The notes under the pieces were generated by a model. That model ran no database searches. It was not told where the DNA came from and saw nothing but the letters and a program-made list of their open reading frames with translations. From the IMG/VR virus record IMGVR_UViG_2636416074_000001, positions 1 through 39,587 of that record: a stretch of DNA of 39,587 nucleotides. One strand, written 5' to 3'. The position numbers and the translations under genes are program-made. This document shows, in pieces, positions 5,657 through 15,419 of this stretch (position 1 is the stretch's first letter; each line of letters opens with the position of its first letter). The stretch is from a virus.

Positions 5657-6704
5657 TGGTCACACTTCCCATCACAGCAACTTCCTGTTCACCAACAGAA
5701 ACATTACTGGTACCACCATTCACTGTAAGGTTCGTATAATCAGCCACGCTTTCACATCCGAGTATCAAAGCACCAATCTGTGCATAGCTGACATAGTCCT
5801 CTTGAAAGGCTACATCGTACAAGTGATCAGTGATAGCCTGAGTTACTTCCGTCTCTACATCAGACTGTGAGAAGCCGGTCGTGATTGTCACGGTAAATGA
5901 AACATCTATGGTAAGAGCCGTAGCACTCTCCACCGTAACGAAAGCTCCAATAGGAGCAGTGCCATCGCCTAAACCGGTAATACCGGGATCGATTTCTTCC
6001 TGTACATCGCTTACCAATTCCGGAGAGGCAGGTGTGCGATCACTGTCGATGATGACGACCTTTACCGTGTTATCTCCATTCCAGAGAGGGAACACGCGAA
6101 CTTCACCAACACCGGGAACTTCTTTCGCCCAGTTAATATAATGATATCTATTCCCACTGGTCGAAGGGGTTCGGATTTTTTCATAATATCTATCTAATAA
6201 ATCAGTGTCACTTTCCGCTGCAAATCCATCATACGTGGGAGACGGGTTCGTCACGGCATTGATACCATCCAAGGTCACAGGTATCTGCGTGATCTGATTC
6301 GCAGGTACATTTCCGATGGTCCCGGCTTCTACCGCTTTGATACTTACTGTTCCGGTCTCATCAATCGTGACGGTTTCTGTCGCTTCATATTGCACCCCTG
6401 CTTCGGTTTCAAAAGCATCTCCCTGATTGACGGTACCGTTTCCCTCTACCTGCAGTTCACCGATAGCGTGTGTAGCTGGACGGCGACTCAGACCAGTACG
6501 ATCATTGATGCGCGTTTCCAGTTCATCGCCACTTAAATTTTCAATAGAGAGCTTGTTTGTTATAGCTTCTTGGTCTTTTTCGACAGCTGCGATTTTAATT
6601 GCAGGAGGTCTTGTTAAAGCATAAGGGAATGACCCCTCTACTTTTTCATAAGAATTATCAATGCCATCAAGCATCTCCTGGTGAATCTCATCTTCTCGTG
6701 CCAT
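5649..6704 (-). CDS. Baseplate J-like protein (XkdT-like)
   Basis: Baseplate_J-type sequence (N-terminal EGSFPYALTRPPA...), size and synteny. Confidence 0.8.
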   Translation of the reverse strand: MAREDEIHQEMLDGIDNSYEKVEGSFPYALTRPPAIKIAAVEKDQEAITNKLSIENLSGDELETRINDRTGLSRRPATHAIGELQVEGNGTVNQGDAFETEAGVQYEATETVTIDETGTVSIKAVEAGTIGNVPANQITQIPVTLDGINAVTNPSPTYDGFAAESDTDLLDRYYEKIRTPSTSGNRYHYINWAKEVPGVGEVRVFPLWNGDNTVKVVIIDSDRTPASPELVSDVQEEIDPGITGLGDGTAPIGAFVTVESATALTIDVSFTVTITTGFSQSDVETEVTQAITDHLYDVAFQEDYVSYAQIGALILGCESVADYTNLTVNGGTSNVSVGEQEVAVMGSVTIA

Positions 6705-7147
6705 TATCCTTCCACCTCCATCGGCTCACTGCCATAGATTGTATTAAGCGTGAATGCGATCCGGAGCAAAGAACCGTCTCTCTCAAAGGAGAAGTTCGAT
6801 ATCGACTCGATGGCTGGATGGACCGTAAGTGTCTCCCGAATTTCCCGCTGCAGTTCAGTCTGCACGAATTCCCGGGAATATACATGCCCTCGGAGATCAT
6901 CTGTCTGAACCCCGAAGGTTGAACCCTCATAAGCATCGTATCTATTCTTTTGCGTTCGAATGGCCATCTCCACCCACATTTTCACAGCTTCCTTGCCTTC
7001 TGCTTTCACAGGGGCTCCGTCACGCAGCACAAAATCACCCAGATCAAAATCAAAGAGATAAGAGTGGCCATGATCGGTCAACTCCTCTTCATATGCTTGA
7101 GTAGCCATTTCCACCTGTTCCAATTTCGTCACTTTCGGGAACATCAC
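6704..7147 (-). CDS. Baseplate protein XkdS-like (DUF2634)
   Basis: Synteny, YLFDFDLGDF motif, ATGA-type overlaps with neighbours. Confidence 0.65.
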   Translation of the reverse strand: MMFPKVTKLEQVEMATQAYEEELTDHGHSYLFDFDLGDFVLRDGAPVKAEGKEAVKMWVEMAIRTQKNRYDAYEGSTFGVQTDDLRGHVYSREFVQTELQREIRETLTVHPAIESISNFSFERDGSLLRIAFTLNTIYGSEPMEVEG

Positions 7148-7398
7148 ATCACCACCTTATCTGCTACATACACCCGCTTATAGTCCTGGGAAGGAAACAA
7201 TACAACCATATCTCCTTTAACAAACGATCCGTTTAGTCGTTCTGGTATGACTAATTTCCTTTGTTCCAACAAAATATTTTCGTTCACCCTTATTTTGAGA
7301 GGGGAGGTTTGTACGACCTTTCCTGTGGTCCAGTCCGGAAGGTCCGGGTTTTCTCTATCTTTGAATAGGCTTGCGAATTCTTCCATTCCATTATTCAT
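7144..7398 (-). CDS. Baseplate/spike protein XkdR-like (DUF2577)
   Basis: Size, synteny and the GKVVQTSPLKIRV motif. Confidence 0.6.
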   Translation of the reverse strand: MNNGMEEFASLFKDRENPDLPDWTTGKVVQTSPLKIRVNENILLEQRKLVIPERLNGSFVKGDMVVLFPSQDYKRVYVADKVVM

Positions 7399-8372
7399 GA
7401 TATCCTCTCCACATCAAGCTTCATCGTATGATGGCCGTTACTAACCGTATGACTAGCTTTTTTAATTAAAAAACGACCACTCATACCTGTGATCGGTTCT
7501 TCAATATCTAACAGACGACCGGCTCTCGCTTCATCGACACCCATCAATTCAAGCGACGTCTCTTCATGGATTTTTGCCAGTTCATTCAATTTGTTTTTCG
7601 CCATATTCCGAATCTGTGCCATCGACTGATCATCGTCTGCATCAATTGTCTCTTGGAGTAAACCATACTCATCAATCAACGACTGACTGCCAGTCGTAAA
7701 TACAATGCTGTCATCCTTGACCACTTGAATACTGTTCTTCATTTCATCAATAGATCGTTTGCGCGAAGGATTGCTTATGGAATACTGTAGACCAACGCCT
7801 GTGATATTTGGTGCATGATCGAACCGCGCATTTACTATTACATCATCCTGCTTTTCAATATACAGCCGCCCCTGTCTCATCTCCATGACATAAGAAGTAC
7901 CTTGATCTGCTTTCGCTTTTGCCAGGATATCCTTAAATATTTTAGCTGGAGTTTTCCCATTATAAATTTCATCAATTTTGGTAGGTATAGAAACGACACT
8001 ACCAATTGGAACTCCGAAGTCTCGGCATATCTTACGAATAGCCTTATCACCATTCGTATTGAATTGATAAATGACTTTCGATTTATTCAGATAGAAGGCA
8101 GGATCGAAGCTAGAGTAGTTTATAGGATCTCTCCCTGTTTTATTTTCCGAAGTAACAACGGTTCGTAAAACTTCTGAGCCATCATTCTTTACAATAATCA
8201 TGCCACCTACATCAACAGGATTGTCCGGAAAGAACGGCATGTCACTATAAGCAACATCAAAACTCAATTTTTGCCCTAAAGTTTTAATTTCTGATTGCCA
8301 CGATAATGAACCAACAATCGGGGAAATGTCCCATAGATTCCCGTTTGAAAAGGTTGTATATACTTGATGCAT
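7395..8372 (-). CDS. Tail hub protein XkdQ/YqbQ-like (late control D-like)
   Basis: Size and synteny after the tape measure. Confidence 0.6.
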   Translation of the reverse strand: MHQVYTTFSNGNLWDISPIVGSLSWQSEIKTLGQKLSFDVAYSDMPFFPDNPVDVGGMIIVKNDGSEVLRTVVTSENKTGRDPINYSSFDPAFYLNKSKVIYQFNTNGDKAIRKICRDFGVPIGSVVSIPTKIDEIYNGKTPAKIFKDILAKAKADQGTSYVMEMRQGRLYIEKQDDVIVNARFDHAPNITGVGLQYSISNPSRKRSIDEMKNSIQVVKDDSIVFTTGSQSLIDEYGLLQETIDADDDQSMAQIRNMAKNKLNELAKIHEETSLELMGVDEARAGRLLDIEEPITGMSGRFLIKKASHTVSNGHHTMKLDVERIS

Positions 8373-8376
8373 ACCA

Positions 8377-8781
8377 TCACACCCTTATGAATGGGAAGTC
8401 GGTGAAGGTCATCGTATAGTAGATGTCCCCTGTTCCGTCCTGGGTCCCATATTCAAATGAATCAATAGCCACCGCCCAGTTAATCGGGGTGCCTGTGATT
8501 ATGAGACGGAGTGGCAAGCGTCGCTTTTTCCATCTCTCGATGGTTTCGACATAATCCCACCCGAACATTTCATTGTTCTGGGAGAAGTAGTATTCTTTAT
8601 TCGGAAAAAAGGAAGATAAGGAGAACGACTTCAAACCTTCCAGACCAATCAGTTTGATATCGCCCTGACGTATGGTAGTGAACGTGTCGTTATTTTGAGG
8701 ATCGTTGATTTTGAATTCTGGAGGGAGTACAGGGATCTGCATGACTTCTTCTCTGTTATTGATAGATAGGTATATTTCCAT
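8377..8781 (-). CDS. Tail protein in the XkdP position (no obvious LysM)
   Basis: ORF track; lies immediately downstream of the tape measure. Confidence 0.5.
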   Translation of the reverse strand: MEIYLSINNREEVMQIPVLPPEFKINDPQNNDTFTTIRQGDIKLIGLEGLKSFSLSSFFPNKEYYFSQNNEMFGWDYVETIERWKKRRLPLRLIITGTPINWAVAIDSFEYGTQDGTGDIYYTMTFTDFPFIRV

Positions 8782-8794
8782 AACTTCTCCCTCC

Positions 8795-10705
8795 TTATGC
8801 CATGTTTTCGAGCGTTTCTTTTAGTTCCGGCAGCACTTCATTAATAAATTCCATTGCTGTCTTCGCTCTTGTTTGAATGTTCAACGTGATGTAATTATGA
8901 TTGATGCTTTGCTTCTTCGAGTTATCATTGTGAGATACGTTTCTCGTCGGAGCAGATCCACCACCAGAAGACTGGTTCCGTTGAGCATTCAATCCACCGC
9001 TACGATAGATATCAGCTTCTTTTTTCGGAAGGACTGTCTCTCCTTTGTGCAATTCTGCAACGTAACCATCAAATGGAACGGATCGTAGACCTTTCGCGTG
9101 AGAGCCATCAACTAGATTTTTGATAGCACCTGCACCTTTGCCAACCCATCCGGCCACCTTACTGACAGCACCTGGCAAGCTGAAATTCGATAGAGCAGAA
9201 GTGAAATCATCCCACTTCCCTTTCACTCGATCGATAAAGTCCATCAACGGAGAAAAGAAATTCGATACCGATTCACCTGCCGATTCCAGCGCGCTGCTGA
9301 TCTTCGACTTCACGTTATCCCATATTTGTTTCGTCTTATCCCAAATATTGCCGAAAAACTTTTTGACGGAAGACCACAGTTGACCTGCTTTTTCTTTCAC
9401 CGTATCCCAGTTTTTATAAAGAAGAATACCCGCACCAATGACCAAACCGATCAAGGTCACAATCAAACCGAGAGGGTTCATCCTCATAACCATGTTCCAT
9501 GCTCTCGTTACTCCTGTGAGTGTTTTAGTAACTCCGATTTGAGTGAGCGTTGCCACTTTCCATGCACCGAAAGCAATGACAATTCCAGTCACCAATGGAC
9601 CGATAACAGACCAGTTATTTACAATATAATTTTTCAGCTGCAGCACTTTTTCTACTACAAACATGATCCCGTCCCCAAGAGTAGGGAGCGCTTCATCCTT
9701 CAAAAATAATAGCGTCGGTTTTGCTTTTTCAAAAGCTGTCTTCAGACCATTGCCCAGCTGAACAACCGAGTCTTTCACCATCTGTATGGTCGGTTGATTC
9801 TGCTGTATGAATTGCTTCATGGATTGAAACACGGACCTTCCGACGTCACCGACTTTTTGAAAAGCCGTCCCGAGACCGGATAGCGCTGAATTCATAACCT
9901 GCTTTATGGTCGGCATGTGCTCATTGACCTTCGTAACAATTCCTTGTAGAGCTGGGAGGACACTGGCACCTATCGTCAGTGCCACGCCACCGAGGGATGA
10001 CTTCAGCTGCATCCAGCTGTTCTTGAAGGCTTGCGCTTTCTTGATCTGACTTTCAGGAATGACGTTCGCATTCCCCTTCATATTTTTGAGCTCTTTGTTC
10101 GTCATGTTTAGCACAGGCGCTAACTCTTCACCAGTGGTTCCGAGCATGGCCGTAGCCATTGCATTACGTTTCGTGGTGTCTTCCATGCCTTGAAGAGCGC
10201 CAATCGTTTCATTGAACAATTGCTCCTGCGATTTCAGTTGCCCATTCGCACCTTTTACATTGATGCCAAGTTCCTTGAACATTTCAGCACCTTCCCCGGT
10301 GCCTTTTGCTGCATCCATGGCACGTTCAGAAAACATGGCAATATCGCCCGCTGCTGCTTCCATTGAGAAGCCGAATGATTTAGCCACGTGATCCCACTGT
10401 TGGAATCCTTTGGTACTCATGCCGGTCACCTGACTGAACTTATCAATTTCAGATAAAGCCGAAGATGCTTTCGTTACCAACCCTGTCATAGCCGCGGCAC
10501 CTGCAGCCCCAGCTGCACCAAAACCAAGAGCCGCCTTTTTAGCCATATCCCCTGATTTTTTCATGGCTCCGCCGAGCTTTCCGGATTTCTTTGTAGCACC
10601 CTCCGCATCAGCTTTTGCCTGTCCGACACCACCACTGAATTCTTTCAGTTTAGAGGAGAACTTATCCTTAATCTCCAGTATCGCACCAAAACGTTCTTCT
10701 GCCAT
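8795..10705 (-). CDS. Tail tape measure protein
   Basis: 636 aa, Ala/Gly/Lys-rich helical N-terminus, internal hydrophobic segments. Lies after the chaperone frameshift pair. Confidence 0.85.
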   Translation of the reverse strand: MAEERFGAILEIKDKFSSKLKEFSGGVGQAKADAEGATKKSGKLGGAMKKSGDMAKKAALGFGAAGAAGAAAMTGLVTKASSALSEIDKFSQVTGMSTKGFQQWDHVAKSFGFSMEAAAGDIAMFSERAMDAAKGTGEGAEMFKELGINVKGANGQLKSQEQLFNETIGALQGMEDTTKRNAMATAMLGTTGEELAPVLNMTNKELKNMKGNANVIPESQIKKAQAFKNSWMQLKSSLGGVALTIGASVLPALQGIVTKVNEHMPTIKQVMNSALSGLGTAFQKVGDVGRSVFQSMKQFIQQNQPTIQMVKDSVVQLGNGLKTAFEKAKPTLLFLKDEALPTLGDGIMFVVEKVLQLKNYIVNNWSVIGPLVTGIVIAFGAWKVATLTQIGVTKTLTGVTRAWNMVMRMNPLGLIVTLIGLVIGAGILLYKNWDTVKEKAGQLWSSVKKFFGNIWDKTKQIWDNVKSKISSALESAGESVSNFFSPLMDFIDRVKGKWDDFTSALSNFSLPGAVSKVAGWVGKGAGAIKNLVDGSHAKGLRSVPFDGYVAELHKGETVLPKKEADIYRSGGLNAQRNQSSGGGSAPTRNVSHNDNSKKQSINHNYITLNIQTRAKTAMEFINEVLPELKETLENMA

Positions 10706-10741
10706 TTGTAGCCCTCCCTTCTCTACAAAAAAAGGAAGAGC

Positions 10742-11319
10742 TTATTTCGCTCCTCCTAATGATTGCATCATTTTATTCATTTGTTTTTGCTCATCATTTT
10801 GCTGTTCAAGTTCCAACTCCATCGAAGCTTGATAAAGAACTTTGTTTGCATAACTCATATTTAACAACTGATCGGGATCCATGCCTTTCTGCATGTAATG
10901 GTGCAAAAAGTGAAACTGCCCGTCAGTTTTTATGAGTTTTTTACCTCATCCACCAGTGACATCTTGTCGCCGCCTGCAATTTTCTGGGCTAACATACTCA
11001 CTTCATACCACTCAAATATTTTGCTAACAATCTCATGTCCCTTGTTCTTACCAACGCCGTAGGTTTTCAAAAGTTCATCGTCTTTTAGACTCGGATCAAC
11101 AAGACAATGATAGATGAGGTAGTGGTCTCCTTCGTAACCTTCACCCTGCTCACTCATTTGAGTGCCAGTGATGATCTGAGAACGGGTAGCTTTTTTCGTT
11201 TCTACATACCCATCAAGAGAAGGCACGTAAATCTTAAAGGTCTCTTTCTTTTTCTTTTCGATGTCATCTTTCTGTTTAATTAAATCCTGAACGGATACTT
11301 TTTTCTTTTCTTCACTCAT
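10742..11319 (-). CDS. Tail assembly chaperone, long form made by a programmed -1 frameshift
   Basis: A AAA AAC heptamer (minus strand, plus coordinates 10942-10936) sits 2 codons before the stop. The -1 frame stays open for about 65 codons (KKLIKTDGQFHFLHHYMQKGMDPDQ...SLGGAK) to TAA at 10744-10742. Confidence 0.7.
10930..11319 (-). CDS. Tail assembly chaperone, short form (XkdN-like)
   Basis: ORF track; lies between the tube and tape measure genes; ends just after a slippery heptamer. Confidence 0.75.
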   Translation of the reverse strand: MSEEKKKVSVQDLIKQKDDIEKKKKETFKIYVPSLDGYVETKKATRSQIITGTQMSEQGEGYEGDHYLIYHCLVDPSLKDDELLKTYGVGKNKGHEIVSKIFEWYEVSMLAQKIAGGDKMSLVDEVKNS

Positions 11320-11331
11320 TCAGCTGCCTCC

Positions 11332-11781
11332 TTAAACGGGATCGATTGTTTCTTGCACATCCACAAAGTCAGGATCGAATCCGAATCCGATCTCCTGGGT
11401 CATGTTCTCGTGAGCAATAGTGGTCAAAGGTAATTCATTAATCCATACACGTTCCATCGTCGATCTCTCTGCCTGGCCATCTGGCGTTTGCGGATCATCC
11501 AGAAGCGATGTCATAGTAGAAATAGGGTCTTCTCCGCGTTTCCATGCTTCCACAAAACGACGCATACCACGAGTGAACATTTTTTTGATGGTAAGCGTTC
11601 CTTCTCCCGTTGTCCCAGTAAGCTTTGTACCTGCCCCTGACTTCATGGCAAGGTTGACCGCCTCACGTTCAGCAGTAATCGTAGCCTCAAAAGCTTCTAC
11701 TTCAAAGATAGGTTCGCCATCCCACCAGACCATGCCGTTTTTTCCATTAATCTGTTCGCCACCAGTATATTTTTGTCTCAT
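11332..11781 (-). CDS. Tail tube protein (XkdM-like)
   Basis: Size, synteny after the sheath, XkdM-like sequence. Confidence 0.8.
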   Translation of the reverse strand: MRQKYTGGEQINGKNGMVWWDGEPIFEVEAFEATITAEREAVNLAMKSGAGTKLTGTTGEGTLTIKKMFTRGMRRFVEAWKRGEDPISTMTSLLDDPQTPDGQAERSTMERVWINELPLTTIAHENMTQEIGFGFDPDFVDVQETIDPV

Positions 11782-11796
11782 GTTCTCACCCCTTTA

Positions 11797-12858
11797 TTAA
11801 ATAGCGATATCGAAATCGAGATCTTCCATCGCATCGGTCACACGTACAGAAGCTCGTCCAAACACATGAGTATCCGTGTTATACTCTCGAATCTCCTGAT
11901 CCTTCATGTCTTCTACAGCAACGCCTTTACCTTGCAGGTAATTCTTCTGTGCCGAGAAGTTCAGTTCCGCACGGTTCTCTCCGTCTGGGTCAAGAATGCC
12001 TTCCCGCACGTTTTCACTGAAATATGCAGTGATTGCGGAGAAAAGTAGCATTTTGTTGTTGTAAACATTCAATACCTTACCAACGTACTCAGATTCAAAT
12101 GTGTCACGGATATCGTCACGCATCTGATCCAGCTTATCGATAATGGTGATTTTCTTGAATTGCTCACCTTTTTCCTGAGTCGTGGAGGTAAGACTGTTTA
12201 CTCCTCGTCCGACTTTCACGACTTCCCCATCGTCAATAAGGATGAATTCTCCGTTATCAATAGCCGTGTCTGGATCTGCCACTTCATCCACGCTATCCAC
12301 TTCATTAAGTGCCAAGTACGTAGCGCTTCGAGTGAATGGCAAACCTGCCAAAATACCAGCGATACGAGCCGTGTATTCCTCCGTCGTGTACGTATTTCCT
12401 CCGACCACGATGTTCGATGCCGTGAAGTTAATCACGCCTTCATGATCAGCTACTTCATTCGCAAGGACAGCCTTGAACGTTTTGTGATTGTTGGTACGCT
12501 CTCCTGTAATAAAAGAAGCGACATCCGTTGTCGTCGTTGCGTACGGTGTCGCCAGGTAGTTCCACTTTTTATTTTTGATATGACCAATTGCTTCGACGGT
12601 AGTTTCCGGTTCCGTAGCACCAGTATCAATTGTCTGGATCATCACTTTACGAGGATTCCCCATAAACGTCTTTGAAATCAAATCGTAGTTGTCCGCAGAC
12701 CAATCAGCCTCCGTTACTTCATCGATTCCACCATAACTTTTGAAGGTGTGTGTCGGGGCCGACTCTTCCAGAATCAACGCCACCACGCCTTTGGACGAGC
12801 GTTCAACCGCGGTTACACCTTTGGTCCGGAACTCTACAAAAATATCAGGTAGTCCCAT
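11797..12858 (-). CDS. Contractile tail sheath protein (XkdK-like)
   Basis: 353 aa; sheath-type N-terminus MGLPDIFVEF..; synteny. Confidence 0.85.
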   Translation of the reverse strand: MGLPDIFVEFRTKGVTAVERSSKGVVALILEESAPTHTFKSYGGIDEVTEADWSADNYDLISKTFMGNPRKVMIQTIDTGATEPETTVEAIGHIKNKKWNYLATPYATTTTDVASFITGERTNNHKTFKAVLANEVADHEGVINFTASNIVVGGNTYTTEEYTARIAGILAGLPFTRSATYLALNEVDSVDEVADPDTAIDNGEFILIDDGEVVKVGRGVNSLTSTTQEKGEQFKKITIIDKLDQMRDDIRDTFESEYVGKVLNVYNNKMLLFSAITAYFSENVREGILDPDGENRAELNFSAQKNYLQGKGVAVEDMKDQEIREYNTDTHVFGRASVRVTDAMEDLDFDIAI

Positions 12859-12862
12859 GTCA

Positions 12863-13360
12863 TCACTCCTCTTCCCATTCTAGCTCTCTCATGACTTTTA
12901 CGTTTCCTTCCGTATAATCGAGAGCCGGATCTTCTTCGTAATAATGCGTATTGCCTTCGTCATCAAGGGCTTCTGCCATTTCGATGCCGTTGTGATACGT
13001 GAGTGGAATTGTAAAGACATATTCATCCTCTACGACTTCCCCTCGTGTTTCTGTAATGGCGATATGCTCACCGTTGACAGTGAGACCCTTGTGAAAGAGT
13101 CGCGTCAACGTATCACCCATCTCCCAGTTTTCTTGATTGGAATTCTTTTCACTCTCGCTATAATAATCGAGCTTCACCAGTACCGATGTCGCATAGAAAT
13201 AGCGATTGCTGTGATCTGTATCAACCGGTACGAAATATAAAAAGAAGCTGGGTCGTTTGAAGTTATCCGGAACCTTCTCCCCGTAGAGAGTGATGCCTGG
13301 AATATTCTCGGCCAGCTTCTTAAATATCGCTTGTTTTACATTATTCATTGTCACTGTCAT
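12863..13360 (-). CDS. Tail completion/neck protein (XkdJ position), hypothetical
   Basis: ORF track; ATGA overlap with the upstream gene. Confidence 0.5.
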   Translation of the reverse strand: MTVTMNNVKQAIFKKLAENIPGITLYGEKVPDNFKRPSFFLYFVPVDTDHSNRYFYATSVLVKLDYYSESEKNSNQENWEMGDTLTRLFHKGLTVNGEHIAITETRGEVVEDEYVFTIPLTYHNGIEMAEALDDEGNTHYYEEDPALDYTEGNVKVMRELEWEEE

Positions 13361-13734
13361 AGCTTCAAATCCTTCATGAGATAGTAGAAAAACTCTTCCA
13401 TCTCACTTGCCATATTGTTGCGAATTCTTTCTAATGCAGACTCAAGCATATGAACTCCTGGCACTTTATATCCGCCGTTCACGTGCTTAAATCCTTTTTC
13501 GATCGCTTGAACGTATTCCTCCGGGTTTGATACTTCCACCTGACCATTCGCAGCATCTGACTTCGTCCATTTCCGTTTCAAATTACCACTCTTCACAGGA
13601 GTTCCCTGCTTCGTGTCAGCTAAAAGCTTGTACCCTAATCGATCCAGTTTTTTATCAATCTTTTCCGGAGCCTCTTTTTCAGCAATAGCCAGGACCTTTT
13701 TCTGTAGTCGATCAAAACCGAATGTTTCAGCCAT
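13357..13734 (-). CDS. HK97 gp10-family tail-completion protein
   Basis: Motif TPVKSGNLKRKW and size. Confidence 0.7.
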   Translation of the reverse strand: MAETFGFDRLQKKVLAIAEKEAPEKIDKKLDRLGYKLLADTKQGTPVKSGNLKRKWTKSDAANGQVEVSNPEEYVQAIEKGFKHVNGGYKVPGVHMLESALERIRNNMASEMEEFFYYLMKDLKL

Positions 13735-14087
13735 TATGCTTCATCCTCTCTATACAGAGGCACTTCATGATGCGTTTCAAAAAAATACGGCTCCCCTGCT
13801 TCAAATGCCGCCGTTACTCCATTTTTATAAGTGACCGTCACATTATCCCCGGCTTTCAACATAAAGCCAGGAGGATGCAAAAGAACCGTATCATATTCAA
13901 TTTCATTCGGGCCTTCCGTCCGTGTCGCGTTCTTACGTGTTGAACGCTGCATTGTGCACGGCATGTCAGGATATTTCGTAACTTCTTCCTGTTTCGTTTC
14001 ATAACCATCCGTATACTCTTCCCAGCGCATCACTTTAGCTTTCATGTGATACGTCCGGGTGAGAGTCTCTTCATCGGAGAAGATCAT
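13734..14087 (-). CDS. Head-closure/head-tail joining protein (XkdH/YqbH-like)
   Basis: Size and synteny. Confidence 0.55.
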   Translation of the reverse strand: MIFSDEETLTRTYHMKAKVMRWEEYTDGYETKQEEVTKYPDMPCTMQRSTRKNATRTEGPNEIEYDTVLLHPPGFMLKAGDNVTVTYKNGVTAAFEAGEPYFFETHHEVPLYREDEA

Positions 14088-14371
14088 ACCACTCTCACCT
14101 GCCGGAAACGAGCAAGCTGGGGTTCATATTCTTCGAGATCAGCTGGTGAGACATTGTGCTCGAATGAGACACTCCCACGAGCCGTCACGCTGGTCGCATT
14201 CATCGACTCTTTTACGATGTAATCGACCACCACGTTTTCAAGCTCCGGAGGGAAGTCATCTCGATTGCACTCATTTTGAATGGCCGCTTTCACCAGTTTA
14301 ATCTTTGCATTGATTTTCGCATCCTTCGAGTTATTAGTGATATCGAGGAGCGATTTGATATCTTCGAGCAT
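14084..14371 (-). CDS. Head-tail connector (gp6-like / YqbG-like)
   Basis: N-terminal LEDIKSLLDITNNSKDAKI pattern typical of gp6-like connectors. Confidence 0.65.
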   Translation of the reverse strand: MLEDIKSLLDITNNSKDAKINAKIKLVKAAIQNECNRDDFPPELENVVVDYIVKESMNATSVTARGSVSFEHNVSPADLEEYEPQLARFRQVRVV

Positions 14372-14541
14372 CAGCTGTCACCCGCTTTGTTTTCGCTCTC
14401 TTTCTTCGTGGTCATTTTCGGGTAAGTCTTCACTTCTTTGAAGTCTTGATCTTTTTTCAATCGCTTGATTGTATCCGGATTATGAACCGTCCAGACCAAC
14501 CCTGTCTTTTCATTCTTAAAAAACTTCGTTTCTTTCGCCAT
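14371..14541 (-). CDS. Small hypothetical head-module protein (56 aa)
   Basis: Own translation: MAKETKFFKNEKTGLVWTVHNPDTIKRLKKDQDFKEVKTYPKMTTKKESENKAGDS. SD GGAGGAA. 1-nt stop/start overlap (TGATG) with the next gene. Confidence 0.6.
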   Translation of the reverse strand: MAKETKFFKNEKTGLVWTVHNPDTIKRLKKDQDFKEVKTYPKMTTKKESENKAGDS

Positions 14542-14556
14542 CAGTTATTCCTCCTT

Positions 14557-15405
14557 TTATCCTTTAGATACAGACAGAACCGCTAGTGCGCTAGGACGCA
14601 GCACTTTCGCACCGTACACTTGAAGCCCTTTAACAGCATCCGAGAAAGATTTCTCCGGACGGTATGCTTCAATAGAGCTGATTTGCATAGCGAAGGAAAT
14701 CGCCATACGATGACCAGCCATTACTTTGTAGTTATCGAACGTCGTAGAACCATCGCCAGTGATCTGGATAGCGTTATTCGACGTGTAGATACGCATGCCG
14801 TTAATCGTTCCGGAATAGCCGTTTGCAAGTGTGTCCGGCTCTTTTGTGAAGCGTGGGTCTTTGTTGATAAGACCAAGGTAGAATTCAGGAATTACACACC
14901 AGCGTTGCCCTTTTGGCACGTTCGCCTCGGAAAGTTTCACGCCAAGATCTACAAGGTAGTCATAGGCATCATCTTTCGTAACAGAAATCGGAGATGCGTC
15001 ACTACCGATGGTATTGTCAGCATCTACATCCGTGTAGAATCCAGCGATAAACTGATCCATCACATCTGTGAGACCATAGTTCGCTTCTTCCATACCCGCT
15101 TCCATGAGACTCGTGTTTGCCTGTGCAGCATCCACGTCTTCGACTTTGAAGTTGAAATATTTCGCCTGGTCGATGACGAGGTTTTGTTGCGTGCTATCCA
15201 ATTCTTCCGGATCTCCGGTACCCGTAGACTTATCATAGTCTCCGATCGTTACGGATCCGATCTGGTTAACCTTCACGGTATCACCCTGGTTGCGGATTTC
15301 CCCTTCATAATCCGTGTTTACGATGGTACCGAATACCAAGTTTTTACGAAGCTTGTCTAGTAGTCGTGCACTCCAAATTGCTGGAATGAAATTTTGTACT
15401 GTCAT
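14557..15405 (-). CDS. Major capsid protein (P22-coat/XkdG-like)
   Basis: N-terminus MTVQNFIPAIWSARLLDKL...; follows the scaffold gene. Confidence 0.85.
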   Translation of the reverse strand: MTVQNFIPAIWSARLLDKLRKNLVFGTIVNTDYEGEIRNQGDTVKVNQIGSVTIGDYDKSTGTGDPEELDSTQQNLVIDQAKYFNFKVEDVDAAQANTSLMEAGMEEANYGLTDVMDQFIAGFYTDVDADNTIGSDASPISVTKDDAYDYLVDLGVKLSEANVPKGQRWCVIPEFYLGLINKDPRFTKEPDTLANGYSGTINGMRIYTSNNAIQITGDGSTTFDNYKVMAGHRMAISFAMQISSIEAYRPEKSFSDAVKGLQVYGAKVLRPSALAVLSVSKG

Positions 15406-15419
15406 TTACGCTCTCTCCC

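Noticed and set aside
14620-15360. 246-aa plus-strand ORF
   Set aside because: Antisense shadow of the major capsid gene.
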